A stretch of 64,000 nt of DNA from Candidatus Brocadiia bacterium (GTDB lineage: Bacteria > Planctomycetota > Brocadiia > CAIUPP01): assembly GCA_050015075.1 (NCBI GenBank), contig JBEKCB010000016.1:1-64000 (forward strand), read 5' to 3'. The stretch's first letter is position 1. Every line of letters starts with the position of its first letter. A program made the position numbers and the translations under genes. Under the pieces are notes generated by a model. It was not told the origin of the DNA. It did no database searches and worked only from the letters and a program-made list of their open reading frames with translations. Below, piece by piece: positions 19,181 to 28,497 of this stretch.

Positions 19181-20058
19181 TGGCCGAACTGCTCAGCCGG
19201 GCCGACGCGGTGCGGCACAACGAGGCCGGCGACGGCATCGAACTCTGCAACATCATGAACGCCAAGTCGGGCCGATGCGGCGAGGACTGCAAGTTCTGCG
19301 CGCAGTCGGCCCGCCACGCCACCGGCGCGGCCGCGTACCCGCTCAAGAGCCGGGCCGAGATGCTGCAGGCGGCGCGCCAGGCCAAAGAGATCGGCGCCGC
19401 GCGGTTCGACATCGTGACCAGCGGCAACCGGCTCACCGGCGAGGAGATCGCCCGCATCGCAGAGGCCGTCTCGGAGATCACCTCGACCGTGGGCATCGCC
19501 ATGTGCGCCTCGCTCGGCCGGCTCAGCGAGGAAAGCCTCACGCTCCTGAAGCAGGCGGGCCTCTCGCGTTACCATCACAACATCGAGACGTCGCCCGCCT
19601 TCTACTCGCGCGTCGTCACCACGCACCGTTTCGAGGAGCGGATCGAGACGATCCGCGCCGCGCAGCGCGCCGGGCTCGAAGTCTGCAGCGGCGGCATCAT
19701 CGGCCTGGGCGAGAGCTGGGCCGACCGCATCGAGATGGCGCTCCTGCTGAAAGAGCTCGGCGTCACCTCGGTGCCGATCAACCTCCTCGTGCGCATCCCC
19801 GGCACGCCGTTCGAGAGCCTGGCGCCCATCTCCTGTGTGGACGCGATCCGCACCATCGCGCTGTTCCGGTGCATCCTGCGCGACCGGATCATCAAGATCG
19901 CCGCCGGGCGCGAATCCGTGCTGAAGGACTTCCAGGCGATGGCGTTCATGGCCGGCGCCAACGGGATGCTGATCGGCGGCTACCTGACCTTGCGCGGCCG
20001 GGAGGCGCAGGAGGACCGCGGACTGCTCGAGGAAGTGAAGAAGGCATGGCGGCGATAG
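19181..20058 (+). CDS. bioB: Biotin synthase
   Basis: NAKSGRCGEDCKFCAQS, YHHNIET, VCSGGIIG, SVPIN and AAGRE motifs. Confidence 0.96.
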
Positions 20059-21197
20059 AGGAATTTCTGAGCGCGCGGCGCCGCGAGGGCCTGCTGCGCG
20101 AGCTGCGGCCGATCTCCGCGCGCCGCGAGGGCCGGGTGCGCGTCGGCGCGCGGGAGTACCTGGACCTTTCCTCGAACGACTACCTGGGCCTGGCGGGCCA
20201 TCCGCGAATGGCGCAGGCGGCAACGCAGGCCCTCGAAGAGTTCGGCACGGGCGCGTGCGCCTCGCGTCTGATGGGCGGCGACCTCGACATCTTCCACTGC
20301 CTCGAAGAGCGCGTCGCGGAATTCAAATCCACGGAAAGCGCGCTGGTCTTCAACTCCGGCTACCAGGCCAACGTCGGCATCTTCAGCGCGCTGCTGGGCC
20401 GCGGAGACGCCGCCTTCTGCGACCGCGCCAGCCATGCCAGCATCCTGGACGGCATCCGCCTCTCCGGCGCGCGGCTCTTCCGGTTCCGGCACAACGATCC
20501 GGCGCACCTCGAATCGCTCCTGAAGAAGGAGCGCGCCAAGTTCAAGAGCGCGCTGATCGCGACGGAAACGATCTTCAGCATGGACGGCGACCGCGCGCCG
20601 CTGCGCGAACTCGTTGAGCTGAAGGAGCGCCACGGCTGCCGGATGCTCGTGGACGAGGCGCACGCGACCGGCGTCTTCGGCGCGACCGGCTCGGGCGTGG
20701 TCGAGGCGGACGGGCTGGCAGGGCGGATCGAGCTGGTCCTGGGGACTTTCAGCAAGGCGCTCGGGAGCTTCGGCGCTTACCTGGCGACATCGCGGCCGAT
20801 CGTGGAATACCTGGTCAACACCTGCCGGAGCTTCATCTACTCCACGGCATTGCCGCCGGCGGTCATCGCGTGCAACCGCGTCAGCCTCGACCTCGTGGCC
20901 GAGGAGCCCTGGCGGCGCGAAACGGTCCTGGACCGTTCCAGCCGGTTCCGCGAACTGCTCCGGGAGCGAGGATTCGCTGCCGTCGGCGTTTCTCAGATCG
21001 TGCCGGTCATCCTCGGCGAGAATCGCCGCGCGCTCTCGTTCGCGAAGGCGCTGCAGGAGAAAGGCTACTGGGTCGTGGCGGTGCGTCCGCCGACCGTGCC
21101 GCCGGGCCAGGCGCGCCTGCGGTTCTCGCTGACGGCCCTGCACACGTGGGATGCCCTGCGGAAGCTTGCCGATGACATGTCCGACATCGGAATTTGA
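20046..21197 (+). CDS. bioF: 8-amino-7-oxononanoate synthase
   Basis: SSNDYLGL, SGYQAN, HASILDG, FSMDGD, DEAHA, GTFSKA and RPPTVP motifs; ATG at 20046. Confidence 0.96.
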   Translation: MAAIEEFLSARRREGLLRELRPISARREGRVRVGAREYLDLSSNDYLGLAGHPRMAQAATQALEEFGTGACASRLMGGDLDIFHCLEERVAEFKSTESALVFNSGYQANVGIFSALLGRGDAAFCDRASHASILDGIRLSGARLFRFRHNDPAHLESLLKKERAKFKSALIATETIFSMDGDRAPLRELVELKERHGCRMLVDEAHATGVFGATGSGVVEADGLAGRIELVLGTFSKALGSFGAYLATSRPIVEYLVNTCRSFIYSTALPPAVIACNRVSLDLVAEEPWRRETVLDRSSRFRELLRERGFAAVGVSQIVPVILGENRRALSFAKALQEKGYWVVAVRPPTVPPGQARLRFSLTALHTWDALRKLADDMSDIGI

Positions 21198-21870
21198 GTT
21201 TTTTCCGCGCCGCGGGTTCGCGGAGACGCTCCTCCTGGTCCCCGGCTGGGCGACCGATCACCGGATCTTCAGGCCGCTGGACCTGGAGTTCAATTATCTC
21301 GCGGCGGTGTCTTTTTCGCCCCGCGATTTCCAGGAGAGCCTTCTCTCCGCGCTGCGGAGACATCGGCTCGACCGCGTCGCCGTGCTGGGCTGGTCGCTGG
21401 GAGGATACCTGGCGCTGGAGTTCGCCCGCGCGCATCCGGAGCGGGTGATGGAGGGCGCGCTCTTCGCCATTGGCATGCGGGAACGTTATGACGCGGAGGT
21501 CATCGAGGGAATCAAGGCACGGCTGGCGCGAAATAAGGCCGCGTATCTGCGCCGGTTCTACGAGGCGTGCTTCTCTCCCGGCGAGCGCGAGGCGCGCGAC
21601 TGGTTCGAGCGGGAGTTGCTCCAGAGCTACCTGGACCAGATGGAGTTGGAGACGCTGCTGGCCGGGCTCGACTATCTCGTCTCCGCGTCGCCGGCTGATG
21701 CGAAGGCCCGGTTCATCCACGGGCGCGAGGACCGGATCGCGCCGGTCGGGGAGATGCTGGCGATGAAGGAGCGACTGCCGGGCATGCGGCTGGTCTGCAT
21801 GGAGAGCGCGGGCCATGCGGCATTCCTGAACCCGGAGTTCAAGAAGGTGTTCCATGCCCTCCTTGGATAA
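21172..21870 (+). CDS. Alpha/beta hydrolase, probable pimeloyl-ACP methyl ester esterase (BioH-like)
   Basis: PGWA oxyanion motif, GWSLGG, HGREDRI and GHA; lies between bioF and bioC. Confidence 0.8.
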   Translation: MTCPTSEFEFFPRRGFAETLLLVPGWATDHRIFRPLDLEFNYLAAVSFSPRDFQESLLSALRRHRLDRVAVLGWSLGGYLALEFARAHPERVMEGALFAIGMRERYDAEVIEGIKARLARNKAAYLRRFYEACFSPGEREARDWFERELLQSYLDQMELETLLAGLDYLVSASPADAKARFIHGREDRIAPVGEMLAMKERLPGMRLVCMESAGHAAFLNPEFKKVFHALLG

Positions 21871-22630
21871 GGCGAAGATGGTCCGCGACTTCTCGCGCTC
21901 CGCGCCGCTTTACGACCGGTATGCGAATGTCCAGTTCAAGGTCGCCGACGCGCTGCTCGCGGAATTGCCCGGCGCGCGCGAGAGCATCTTTGAGATCGGC
22001 TGCGGCACAGGCTACTACACGCGCCTGCTCCGGGAGCGGTACCCGACGGCGCACCTGAAGGCCTGCGACATCTCCCCGCGCATGATCGAGGTCGCACGGG
22101 AGAAACTGCGGGATGAGGCGATCGAGTTCCTCGTCGCCGACGCTGAGACGCTGGTCCTGGACGAGCGGTTCGACCTGGTCACCTCGAACGCGGCCCTGCA
22201 GTGGTTCGAGGACCTGGCGGCTGCGCTGAAGCGGTGCCGCAACGCCCTCAACGACGGCGGGCTGCTCGCCTTCTCCATCTTCGGCCCGGAGACGTTCCGC
22301 GAGCTGGACCATTGCCTGCGCCTGGCCCTCGGCCGCGCGGAAGGCAACCTGGTCCGCTCGAGGACGTTCCTGGAGAAGGAGCGCATCGCCGAGATGCTCC
22401 GCGCCTCTTTCGGCCGGGTGACCGTCCGCGACGCGACTATCCACGAAGAGTACCCTTCGCTCCGCGCCCTGCTGGAGAAAATCAAGCGCACCGGCGCGCG
22501 CGGCGGCGGGTTGCCGGGCGGTTCGCTCGCGCAGCCCGGGCTGCTCGGACGGGTGGAGAAGCTCTTCCAGGCGGAGTTCGGCCGCGTCGAGGCGACGTAT
22601 CAGGCATTCCTTTTCCTGGCGGAACGATGA
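21854..22630 (+). CDS. bioC: Malonyl-ACP O-methyltransferase
   Basis: FSRSA..YD..A.VQ, EIGCGTG, SNAALQW and FGPETF.EL motifs. Confidence 0.93.
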   Translation: MPSLDKAKMVRDFSRSAPLYDRYANVQFKVADALLAELPGARESIFEIGCGTGYYTRLLRERYPTAHLKACDISPRMIEVAREKLRDEAIEFLVADAETLVLDERFDLVTSNAALQWFEDLAAALKRCRNALNDGGLLAFSIFGPETFRELDHCLRLALGRAEGNLVRSRTFLEKERIAEMLRASFGRVTVRDATIHEEYPSLRALLEKIKRTGARGGGLPGGSLAQPGLLGRVEKLFQAEFGRVEATYQAFLFLAER

Positions 22631-23337
22631 GCGCAATCTTCGTGGCCGGGACGGACACCGGCGTAGGCAAGACCGTGGTCACCGGCCTGCTGGCGCGCAG
22701 TCTGGCCCTGCGCGGATACCGCGTGGCGACTCAGAAATGGGTCCAGACAGGCGGCGCGAGCGACCTGGACGCGCACCTGCGCTGGATGGGCCGCAGTCGA
22801 AGCGAGTTCCGGGGCTTCCTGCGCGCGATGGTTCCTGTGGCGCTCGCGGCGCCGGTGTCGCCGCACCTCGCCGCAGAACTGGGCGGCGCGCGGATCACCG
22901 CGTGCAGGATCCGCCGCGCTTTCCTGCGCCTGTCGCAGCATTTCGATTTCGTGATCGTCGAGGGCACCGGCGGCCTGATGGTTCCCTTCAGCCGCAAGCG
23001 ACTGCTGGTTGACCTGGCGCAGGAACTTGACCTGCCGGTCCTGCTGGTGGCCGGCAACCGGCTAGGCGCGATCAATCACACGTTGCTCAGCCTGGAAGCG
23101 CTGAAGGCGCGGAAGATGAAGCTGCTGGGCGTCGTCTTTAACAATTTTGCCGGCGCGGGAAACGCGCGCGTCCTGCGCGACAATCCGAAAGTCATCGAGT
23201 CCCTGAGCGGGCAACGCGCTCTCGGTGCGCTGCCCCGGACGCGGCGTCCGGGCACGCTGATAAAGCGCTTTGCGCCTATAGCGGAGAAGGTGCTGGCCGC
23301 CTATGAACGACTGGATCACAAGAGACCTGAAGCATAA
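22627..23337 (+). CDS. bioD: Dethiobiotin synthase
   Basis: FVAGTDTGVGKT, SPHLAA, EGTGG and LGAINHT motifs; ATGA overlap with bioC. Confidence 0.95.
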   Translation: MSAIFVAGTDTGVGKTVVTGLLARSLALRGYRVATQKWVQTGGASDLDAHLRWMGRSRSEFRGFLRAMVPVALAAPVSPHLAAELGGARITACRIRRAFLRLSQHFDFVIVEGTGGLMVPFSRKRLLVDLAQELDLPVLLVAGNRLGAINHTLLSLEALKARKMKLLGVVFNNFAGAGNARVLRDNPKVIESLSGQRALGALPRTRRPGTLIKRFAPIAEKVLAAYERLDHKRPEA

Positions 23338-24640
23338 CTGGCACCCGTACACGCAGATGAAGGACTGCCGGCGCCTGCCGCCGGTCCTCATCGAAAAGGC
23401 CCGCGGCCTCAAGCTCTACGGCGCCGGCGGACAGTGGTATTACGACACCATCTCAAGCTGGTGGTGCAACGTGCACGGACACAACCATCCGCGCGTCCGC
23501 GAGGCGATCCGCAGGCAGGCCGCCTCGCTCGACCACGTCCTCTTCGCCGGGTTCACGCACAGGCCGGCCATTCTCCTGGCGGAGAAGCTCACCGCCCTGG
23601 CGCCGCGCCGGCTGACGAAGCTCTTCTTTTCCGACAACGGCTCGACCGCCGTCGAGGTCGCGCTGAAGATGTCCTTCCAATACTGGCAGAACGTCGGCAA
23701 GCCGGAGAAGCGGCGGTTCGTCGCGCTGGACCGGGCCTACCACGGCGACACAGTCGGCGCGATGAGCGTCAGCGGGGCCAGCCTGTTCAACGAGCGGTTC
23801 GCGCCGCTCCTGTTCCCGACGCACAAGATACCCTCGCCGTACTGCTATCGCTGCCCGGAAGGCCGGGAACCGGGGAACTGCGCGACCGAGTGCGCGCGCC
23901 CGCTGGAACAGCTCCTTGGGAAGCACGGCCGGGAAATCGCCGGAATCATCCTCGAGCCGCTGGTCATGGCGGCGGGCGGGATGATCATCTACCCGCCGAA
24001 GTACCTCGACCGGGTGGGAAAGCTGGCGGCAAAGCATGGAGTGCACCTCATCCTGGATGAGGTCGCCACGGGCTTCGGCCGCACCGGGAAGATGTTCGCC
24101 TGCGAGCATGCGCACGTCCAGCCGGACTTCATCTGCCTAGCCAAGGGCATCACCTCCGGCGCGCTGCCCCTGGGCGCAACGCTGACGACGGAGCGCGTCT
24201 ACCGGGCGTTCTATGCCGACTATGCGCAACATAAAACCTTTTATCATGGGCACACGTACACGGCGAATCCCATCGCCTGCGCCGCCGCGCTGGCGAGCCT
24301 GCGCGTCTTCGAGGAGGAGAACACTCTCGCGCGGGTGCGCGCGCTGCTGCCGCAATTCCACGACGGGCTGCTGCGGTTTCGATCGCTGCCGATCGTCGGG
24401 GACGTCCGGCAGATCGGATTGATTGGGGCGATCGAGCTGGTCAAGGATCGCCGCACGAAGGAGCCGTTCGGCGCGCGGGAGCGCATCGGGCTGAAAATCT
24501 ACCACGAGGGACTGAAGAGAAACCTGGTCCTGCGGCCGCTTGGGCACATCATTTACCTGTTCCTGCCCTTGTGCGTCCGGGAGCGGGAATTGCGCTATAT
24601 CCTCGACAACACCTACGCAGTGGTTCAGGCGCAATCCTAA
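23303..24640 (+). CDS. bioA: Adenosylmethionine-8-amino-7-oxononanoate aminotransferase
   Basis: WHPYTQM, SSWW..VHGH, DNGSTAVE, DEVATGFGRTG and HGHTY motifs. Confidence 0.96.
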   Translation: MNDWITRDLKHNWHPYTQMKDCRRLPPVLIEKARGLKLYGAGGQWYYDTISSWWCNVHGHNHPRVREAIRRQAASLDHVLFAGFTHRPAILLAEKLTALAPRRLTKLFFSDNGSTAVEVALKMSFQYWQNVGKPEKRRFVALDRAYHGDTVGAMSVSGASLFNERFAPLLFPTHKIPSPYCYRCPEGREPGNCATECARPLEQLLGKHGREIAGIILEPLVMAAGGMIIYPPKYLDRVGKLAAKHGVHLILDEVATGFGRTGKMFACEHAHVQPDFICLAKGITSGALPLGATLTTERVYRAFYADYAQHKTFYHGHTYTANPIACAAALASLRVFEEENTLARVRALLPQFHDGLLRFRSLPIVGDVRQIGLIGAIELVKDRRTKEPFGARERIGLKIYHEGLKRNLVLRPLGHIIYLFLPLCVRERELRYILDNTYAVVQAQS

Positions 24641-24811
24641 GCAAACGGCTCAAGATTTCGTGATGTTCGGTCGCAGGAGACCGCGGCGCTCGCTCCGGCG
24701 TTTGCCACTGTTGCAGCAGAACCTTTGATTGTGGCATAATCCCGTCGCCGTGGGAATCCGCACCGGTCGCTGGCCTGGCAAGTTCGGAGGCGAGCAGGAG
24801 GGGTCGCAAGA

Positions 24812-26377
24812 ATGGCAAGCCACGAAGTGAATCCGGAAACGCCTGAGGCGCGCGCGTTGCTGGAAAAGGTCTGCAGCAGCAAAACGCTGCCGTCGGTTCC
24901 GGTTGTAGCGGCCAACATCCTGACGCTCTGCAAAGACCCGGATGTGGATTTTGCGAAGCTGGGGGAAATGACCTCGGCCGATGCGGCGCTCGTGGCCAAG
25001 CTTTTGCAGATGGCCAACTCCGCGTTTTTCGCCAGCCATCAGAAGGTTTTCTCGGTCAACGCGGCGGTCGTGCGAATGGGGTTGAAGGTAACGCGCATCG
25101 CGGTCCTCGGGTTCAGCCTGGAGACTGAAATCAGCGGCAAGATGCCCGAGGAGTTCAAGGTCGATCGTTTCTGGCGCTACTCGCTGACGACCGCCAGCGC
25201 CGCCCGCGTCATTGCGGAGACCGTCTGCCCGGCCCAGCGCGACGAGTGTTTTTCCGCCGGAATCCTCCAGGATATCGGGATGGTGGCTCTCCAGTGCGCG
25301 CTGCCGGAGGAGTACGCAAAAGTCCTGGCCGAACACCGGCTGCATCCCACGGTGGAGATCCACGACCTCGAGAAGCGGTTGCTGGGCGTGACACACACGG
25401 AAGTGGGCAGCCGGCTCCTGCGGCAGTGGAACCTGCCCGAAGAGGTCTACGCGCCGATCCGCTACCACCACGGCCTGGACCAGGCGATGGCGGACGGCCT
25501 TTCGCCCGATTTGGTCCAGGTGGCGCGGACGCTCGTCTTGGGCACCCTGGTGGCCGCGCTCTTCCAAGGCAAAACCAAGGGCATTACGTATAAACGGGTC
25601 ATAGACACGGCGCAGCGATACTTCGGGCTGGAGCCGGAAGCCGTCGAGCTGATGTTCGGGAAGATCGAAAAGGTCGTGCGGAGCACGTGCGAGCTGTTCC
25701 AGGTTGACCCGCGCTCGATGCCCGCTTATGAGCAGATCCGGCTGCGGGCCACTCACGAAGTGGCCCGGCTGGCCGCCGAACTAGGCCAAGAGGCGCGCTC
25801 GGCCGAGAACCTCGCCGACCAGCGCACCGAGGAGTTGCGCCAGCTCAAGCAGGAAAGCGATGAACTGAGAAGACTCATCTCTCTTGACGACCTGACCCTT
25901 TTGCTCAATCGCCGGGAGTTTCTGAAGAGGTTCATGGCCGAGATCGTGCGCAGTCGCCGCCATGAGCACGAGCTGGCGCTCGTGATGGTGGACATTGACG
26001 ACTTCAAGTCGGTCAACGACACCTACGGTCACGCGGCCGGTGACGAAGTGCTGAAGCACCTGGGCGGTTTCCTGCAAGCCGAAAGCCGCAAGTCGGACGT
26101 GGCTGCCCGCGTGGGCGGGGACGAGTTCGTGGTGATGCTGCCCGAGACGGACCTCGACGGCGCAATCGCCGCCGCCGAAAAGCTGCGTTTCGGCATTGCC
26201 ACGTCGTCAAAGGGATGGACCCAGAGAGTGCCCGGCATCACCGTCAGCGTGGGCGTGGTCCACTCCCGATACAGCTCGCACTCCTTCGACGAGGGTATTA
26301 TCCTCGATCAGGCGGATAAGTGCATGTACCAGGCAAAGCGGGACGGACGAAATTGCACGCGCTACGCCACCATCTAG
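24812..26377 (+). CDS. HDOD-GGDEF diguanylate cyclase
   Basis: HDOD (LPSVP, D.ALVAKLL..ANS, GILQDIG), coiled coil, RKSD I-site and GGDEF. Confidence 0.93.
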   Translation: MASHEVNPETPEARALLEKVCSSKTLPSVPVVAANILTLCKDPDVDFAKLGEMTSADAALVAKLLQMANSAFFASHQKVFSVNAAVVRMGLKVTRIAVLGFSLETEISGKMPEEFKVDRFWRYSLTTASAARVIAETVCPAQRDECFSAGILQDIGMVALQCALPEEYAKVLAEHRLHPTVEIHDLEKRLLGVTHTEVGSRLLRQWNLPEEVYAPIRYHHGLDQAMADGLSPDLVQVARTLVLGTLVAALFQGKTKGITYKRVIDTAQRYFGLEPEAVELMFGKIEKVVRSTCELFQVDPRSMPAYEQIRLRATHEVARLAAELGQEARSAENLADQRTEELRQLKQESDELRRLISLDDLTLLLNRREFLKRFMAEIVRSRRHEHELALVMVDIDDFKSVNDTYGHAAGDEVLKHLGGFLQAESRKSDVAARVGGDEFVVMLPETDLDGAIAAAEKLRFGIATSSKGWTQRVPGITVSVGVVHSRYSSHSFDEGIILDQADKCMYQAKRDGRNCTRYATI

Positions 26378-26447
26378 TGTTTAGTTCCGTAAATTGGCGT
26401 ACCAATTTTCGCAACTAAACACGGCCCAACGGAACGTGTAACTCCTA

Positions 26448-26476
26448 AGAAAATGCGCGCTCGGCGCGCATTTTCT
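26448..26476. terminator. Hairpin, probable bidirectional terminator
   Basis: AGAAAATGCGCGC-TCG-GCGCGCATTTTCT, a perfect 13-bp inverted repeat 70 nt after the GGDEF stop. Confidence 0.55.
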
Positions 26477-26548
26477 ATTGATGCACCAGCCGCGCAGCCG
26501 TCGGCGCGGCTAATGCGCTCGGCGTAACGACGCGGCTTATTGCGGTCA

Positions 26549-26591
26549 TGCTTCCTTGCGGAAATAGGACGCCTATTTCCGCAAGGAAGCA
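26549..26591. repeat. Perfect 20-bp inverted repeat
   Basis: TGCTTCCTTGCGGAAATAGG-ACG-CCTATTTCCGCAAGGAAGCA. Confidence 0.85.
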
Positions 26592-26653
26592 CTAGCGCCC
26601 TGTCCCGTAAATAACACATAAGCCCAACCCGCATCCCTTCTGCCGCCTCGAGC

Positions 26654-26680
26654 TAAAGAACGCGCCCTTTCTTACGATAA
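26654..26680 (+). promoter_or_regulatory. sigma28-like promoter (variant -10)
   Basis: TAAA-N15-TACGATAA, 48 nt upstream of the EAL-HDOD ATG. Confidence 0.65.
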
Positions 26681-26728
26681 TCCCTATGGAGTTTGTTGCC
26701 ATACCGCGGAAGTTTCAGGTGGGACGCC

Positions 26729-28060
26729 ATGGGCAGTCTTGCCGCAACAACTGCGCCGGGCAGTGCCGGCGCAGCCGGTGTCGCCAGCGCCGCCAGCGTT
26801 GCAAACACAGCAAAGGGCGCAGGTGTATCCCTGTCCAGGGTCTTCATCGCCCGGCAGCCCATCTTCGACGTGCAGCAGAAGGTCTACGGCTACGAACTCC
26901 TCTTCCGCTCCGGGCCCGAGAACGTCTTCAAACACGCGGAACCTGATCAAGCCAGCGCCAAAGTCATGACCGACGGCACTCTGATCCTCAGCATGGAGGC
27001 CATCAGCGGGGGCAAGCTCGTCTTCATCAACGTCACGCGCAACATCCTGCTCAACGACTATATCAGCCTTCTGCCCAGGGATCTGACCGCGGCGGAGATC
27101 CTGGAGACCATCGAGCCGGACCGGGAGGTCGTCGGCGCCTGCAGCAGACTCAAGAAGGCCGGCTACATGATCGTCCTGGATGACTTCGTCTACGGAGAGC
27201 AGTACGCCGACCTCATGAACCTGGCGGACATCGTCAAGGTGGATTTCCTGTCCACTTCGGCGGAGGAACGCCGGCAGGTCCTGTCGCGGTTCACAGGCCC
27301 GAACGTCCGTTTCCTGGCCGAGAAAGTCGAGACGCACGAAGTCTTCAAGGAGGCGAGCGGTCTGGGATACAGTTATTTTCAGGGGTACTTCTTCAGCAAG
27401 CCTGTGATCGTCTCATCCCGGGATGTGCCGGGCTTCAAGCTCAACTACCTGCAGATGCTCCAGGAGATTCAGTTGCCCGGCGTCAACTTCCATCACTTGG
27501 AAGCGATTATCAAGCGCGACATGGCGCTCTCTTTCAAGCTGTTGCGTTACATCAACTCCGCATATTTCGGCTTGAGCAACAAGGTCAGCTCCATCATGCA
27601 TGCCATAACGCTGCTCGGGGCGCGGGAATTCAAACAATGGGCCTCGCTCGTCGTTATGGCCAGTATGGGCAGCGACAAGCCCGACGAACTCGTCGTCCAG
27701 GCGCTCATCCGCGGGAGGTTCTGTGAGTCCCTCGCCCCGATGCTCGGCATGAAGCAGCGGTCGCAGGAACTCTTCCTCCTGGGAATGTTCTCCGTGATTG
27801 ATGCGATCCTGGACCGCCCGCTGGAAGAGATCCTCAAGGACCTGCCCCTGTCCGATGAGATCAAGGACGCGCTCACTGGAAAGCCCAACCGCCTGCGCGC
27901 CGTCTTTGACTACGTCCTGGCTTACGAGAAAGGGGACTGGAATCATTTGACCGAAATGGCCCGCGCCCTGGGGCTCGACGAGTCCGACATTCCGGCGGTC
28001 TATTGGCACGCCGTGCATTGGGCGCAGAAGAGCTTTGGCGAAGTCAACGCTGCGGTGTGA
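26729..28060 (+). CDS. EAL-HDOD c-di-GMP phosphodiesterase (YuxH/PdeH-like)
   Basis: FIARQPI, YELLFR, LDDF, LAEKVE and FQGYFF motifs, followed by HDOD. Confidence 0.92.
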   Translation: MGSLAATTAPGSAGAAGVASAASVANTAKGAGVSLSRVFIARQPIFDVQQKVYGYELLFRSGPENVFKHAEPDQASAKVMTDGTLILSMEAISGGKLVFINVTRNILLNDYISLLPRDLTAAEILETIEPDREVVGACSRLKKAGYMIVLDDFVYGEQYADLMNLADIVKVDFLSTSAEERRQVLSRFTGPNVRFLAEKVETHEVFKEASGLGYSYFQGYFFSKPVIVSSRDVPGFKLNYLQMLQEIQLPGVNFHHLEAIIKRDMALSFKLLRYINSAYFGLSNKVSSIMHAITLLGAREFKQWASLVVMASMGSDKPDELVVQALIRGRFCESLAPMLGMKQRSQELFLLGMFSVIDAILDRPLEEILKDLPLSDEIKDALTGKPNRLRAVFDYVLAYEKGDWNHLTEMARALGLDESDIPAVYWHAVHWAQKSFGEVNAAV

Positions 28061-28265
28061 GGCAGACACTCCTGGCGTCTTTTCAGGCCGTTTACCGCCT
28101 GGATTTGCTACACGGGCTATGCCTCGGCTGAAGCAATGCCGGGTTGTCAGACTTGCGCTTACGCTATTTCGAGGAAGGCGATTTCAGTCCAATCCCTGCA
28201 AAACCCGCGGATTCGCCTGCGAGCCGCCTCCGTCGGCGCCCGAATCGGTCCCATTTGCAGACCTA

Positions 28266-28281
28266 TGGCACGAGTATTGCT
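28266..28281 (+). promoter_or_regulatory. sigma54 promoter
   Basis: TGGCACGAGTATTGCT, a consensus -24/-12 site. Confidence 0.75.
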
Positions 28282-28371
28282 TTCGTTCATGCCGGCGGAG
28301 ATAGCACGAGAGACTTTCTGCGGTCCGACTGCGGGGAACCTTCCGGAATATCGCCGCTGCCATAAACTTTA

Positions 28372-28400
28372 TTGACATACCGGCTTTAGCTGCGTAAAAT
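28372..28400 (+). promoter_or_regulatory. sigma70 promoter of the G1 peptidase gene
   Basis: TTGACA-N17-TAAAAT. Confidence 0.7.
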
Positions 28401-28497
28401 TGCTCAAGCGGGGTTTGGCCTCCGTCGGTCGCGCGGCGGGCTCAATGGTCGCAAAATTTTCAGGCGCGACCTCAGAAACACAGGAGGAGTAAGAGCC

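Noticed and set aside
19275-23337. Long N-terminal extensions of bioF (from 19275) and bioD (from 22201), suggesting fusions or frameshifts
   Set aside because: These are open alternative frames over bioB and bioC; coupled ATGs exist at 20046 and 22627.
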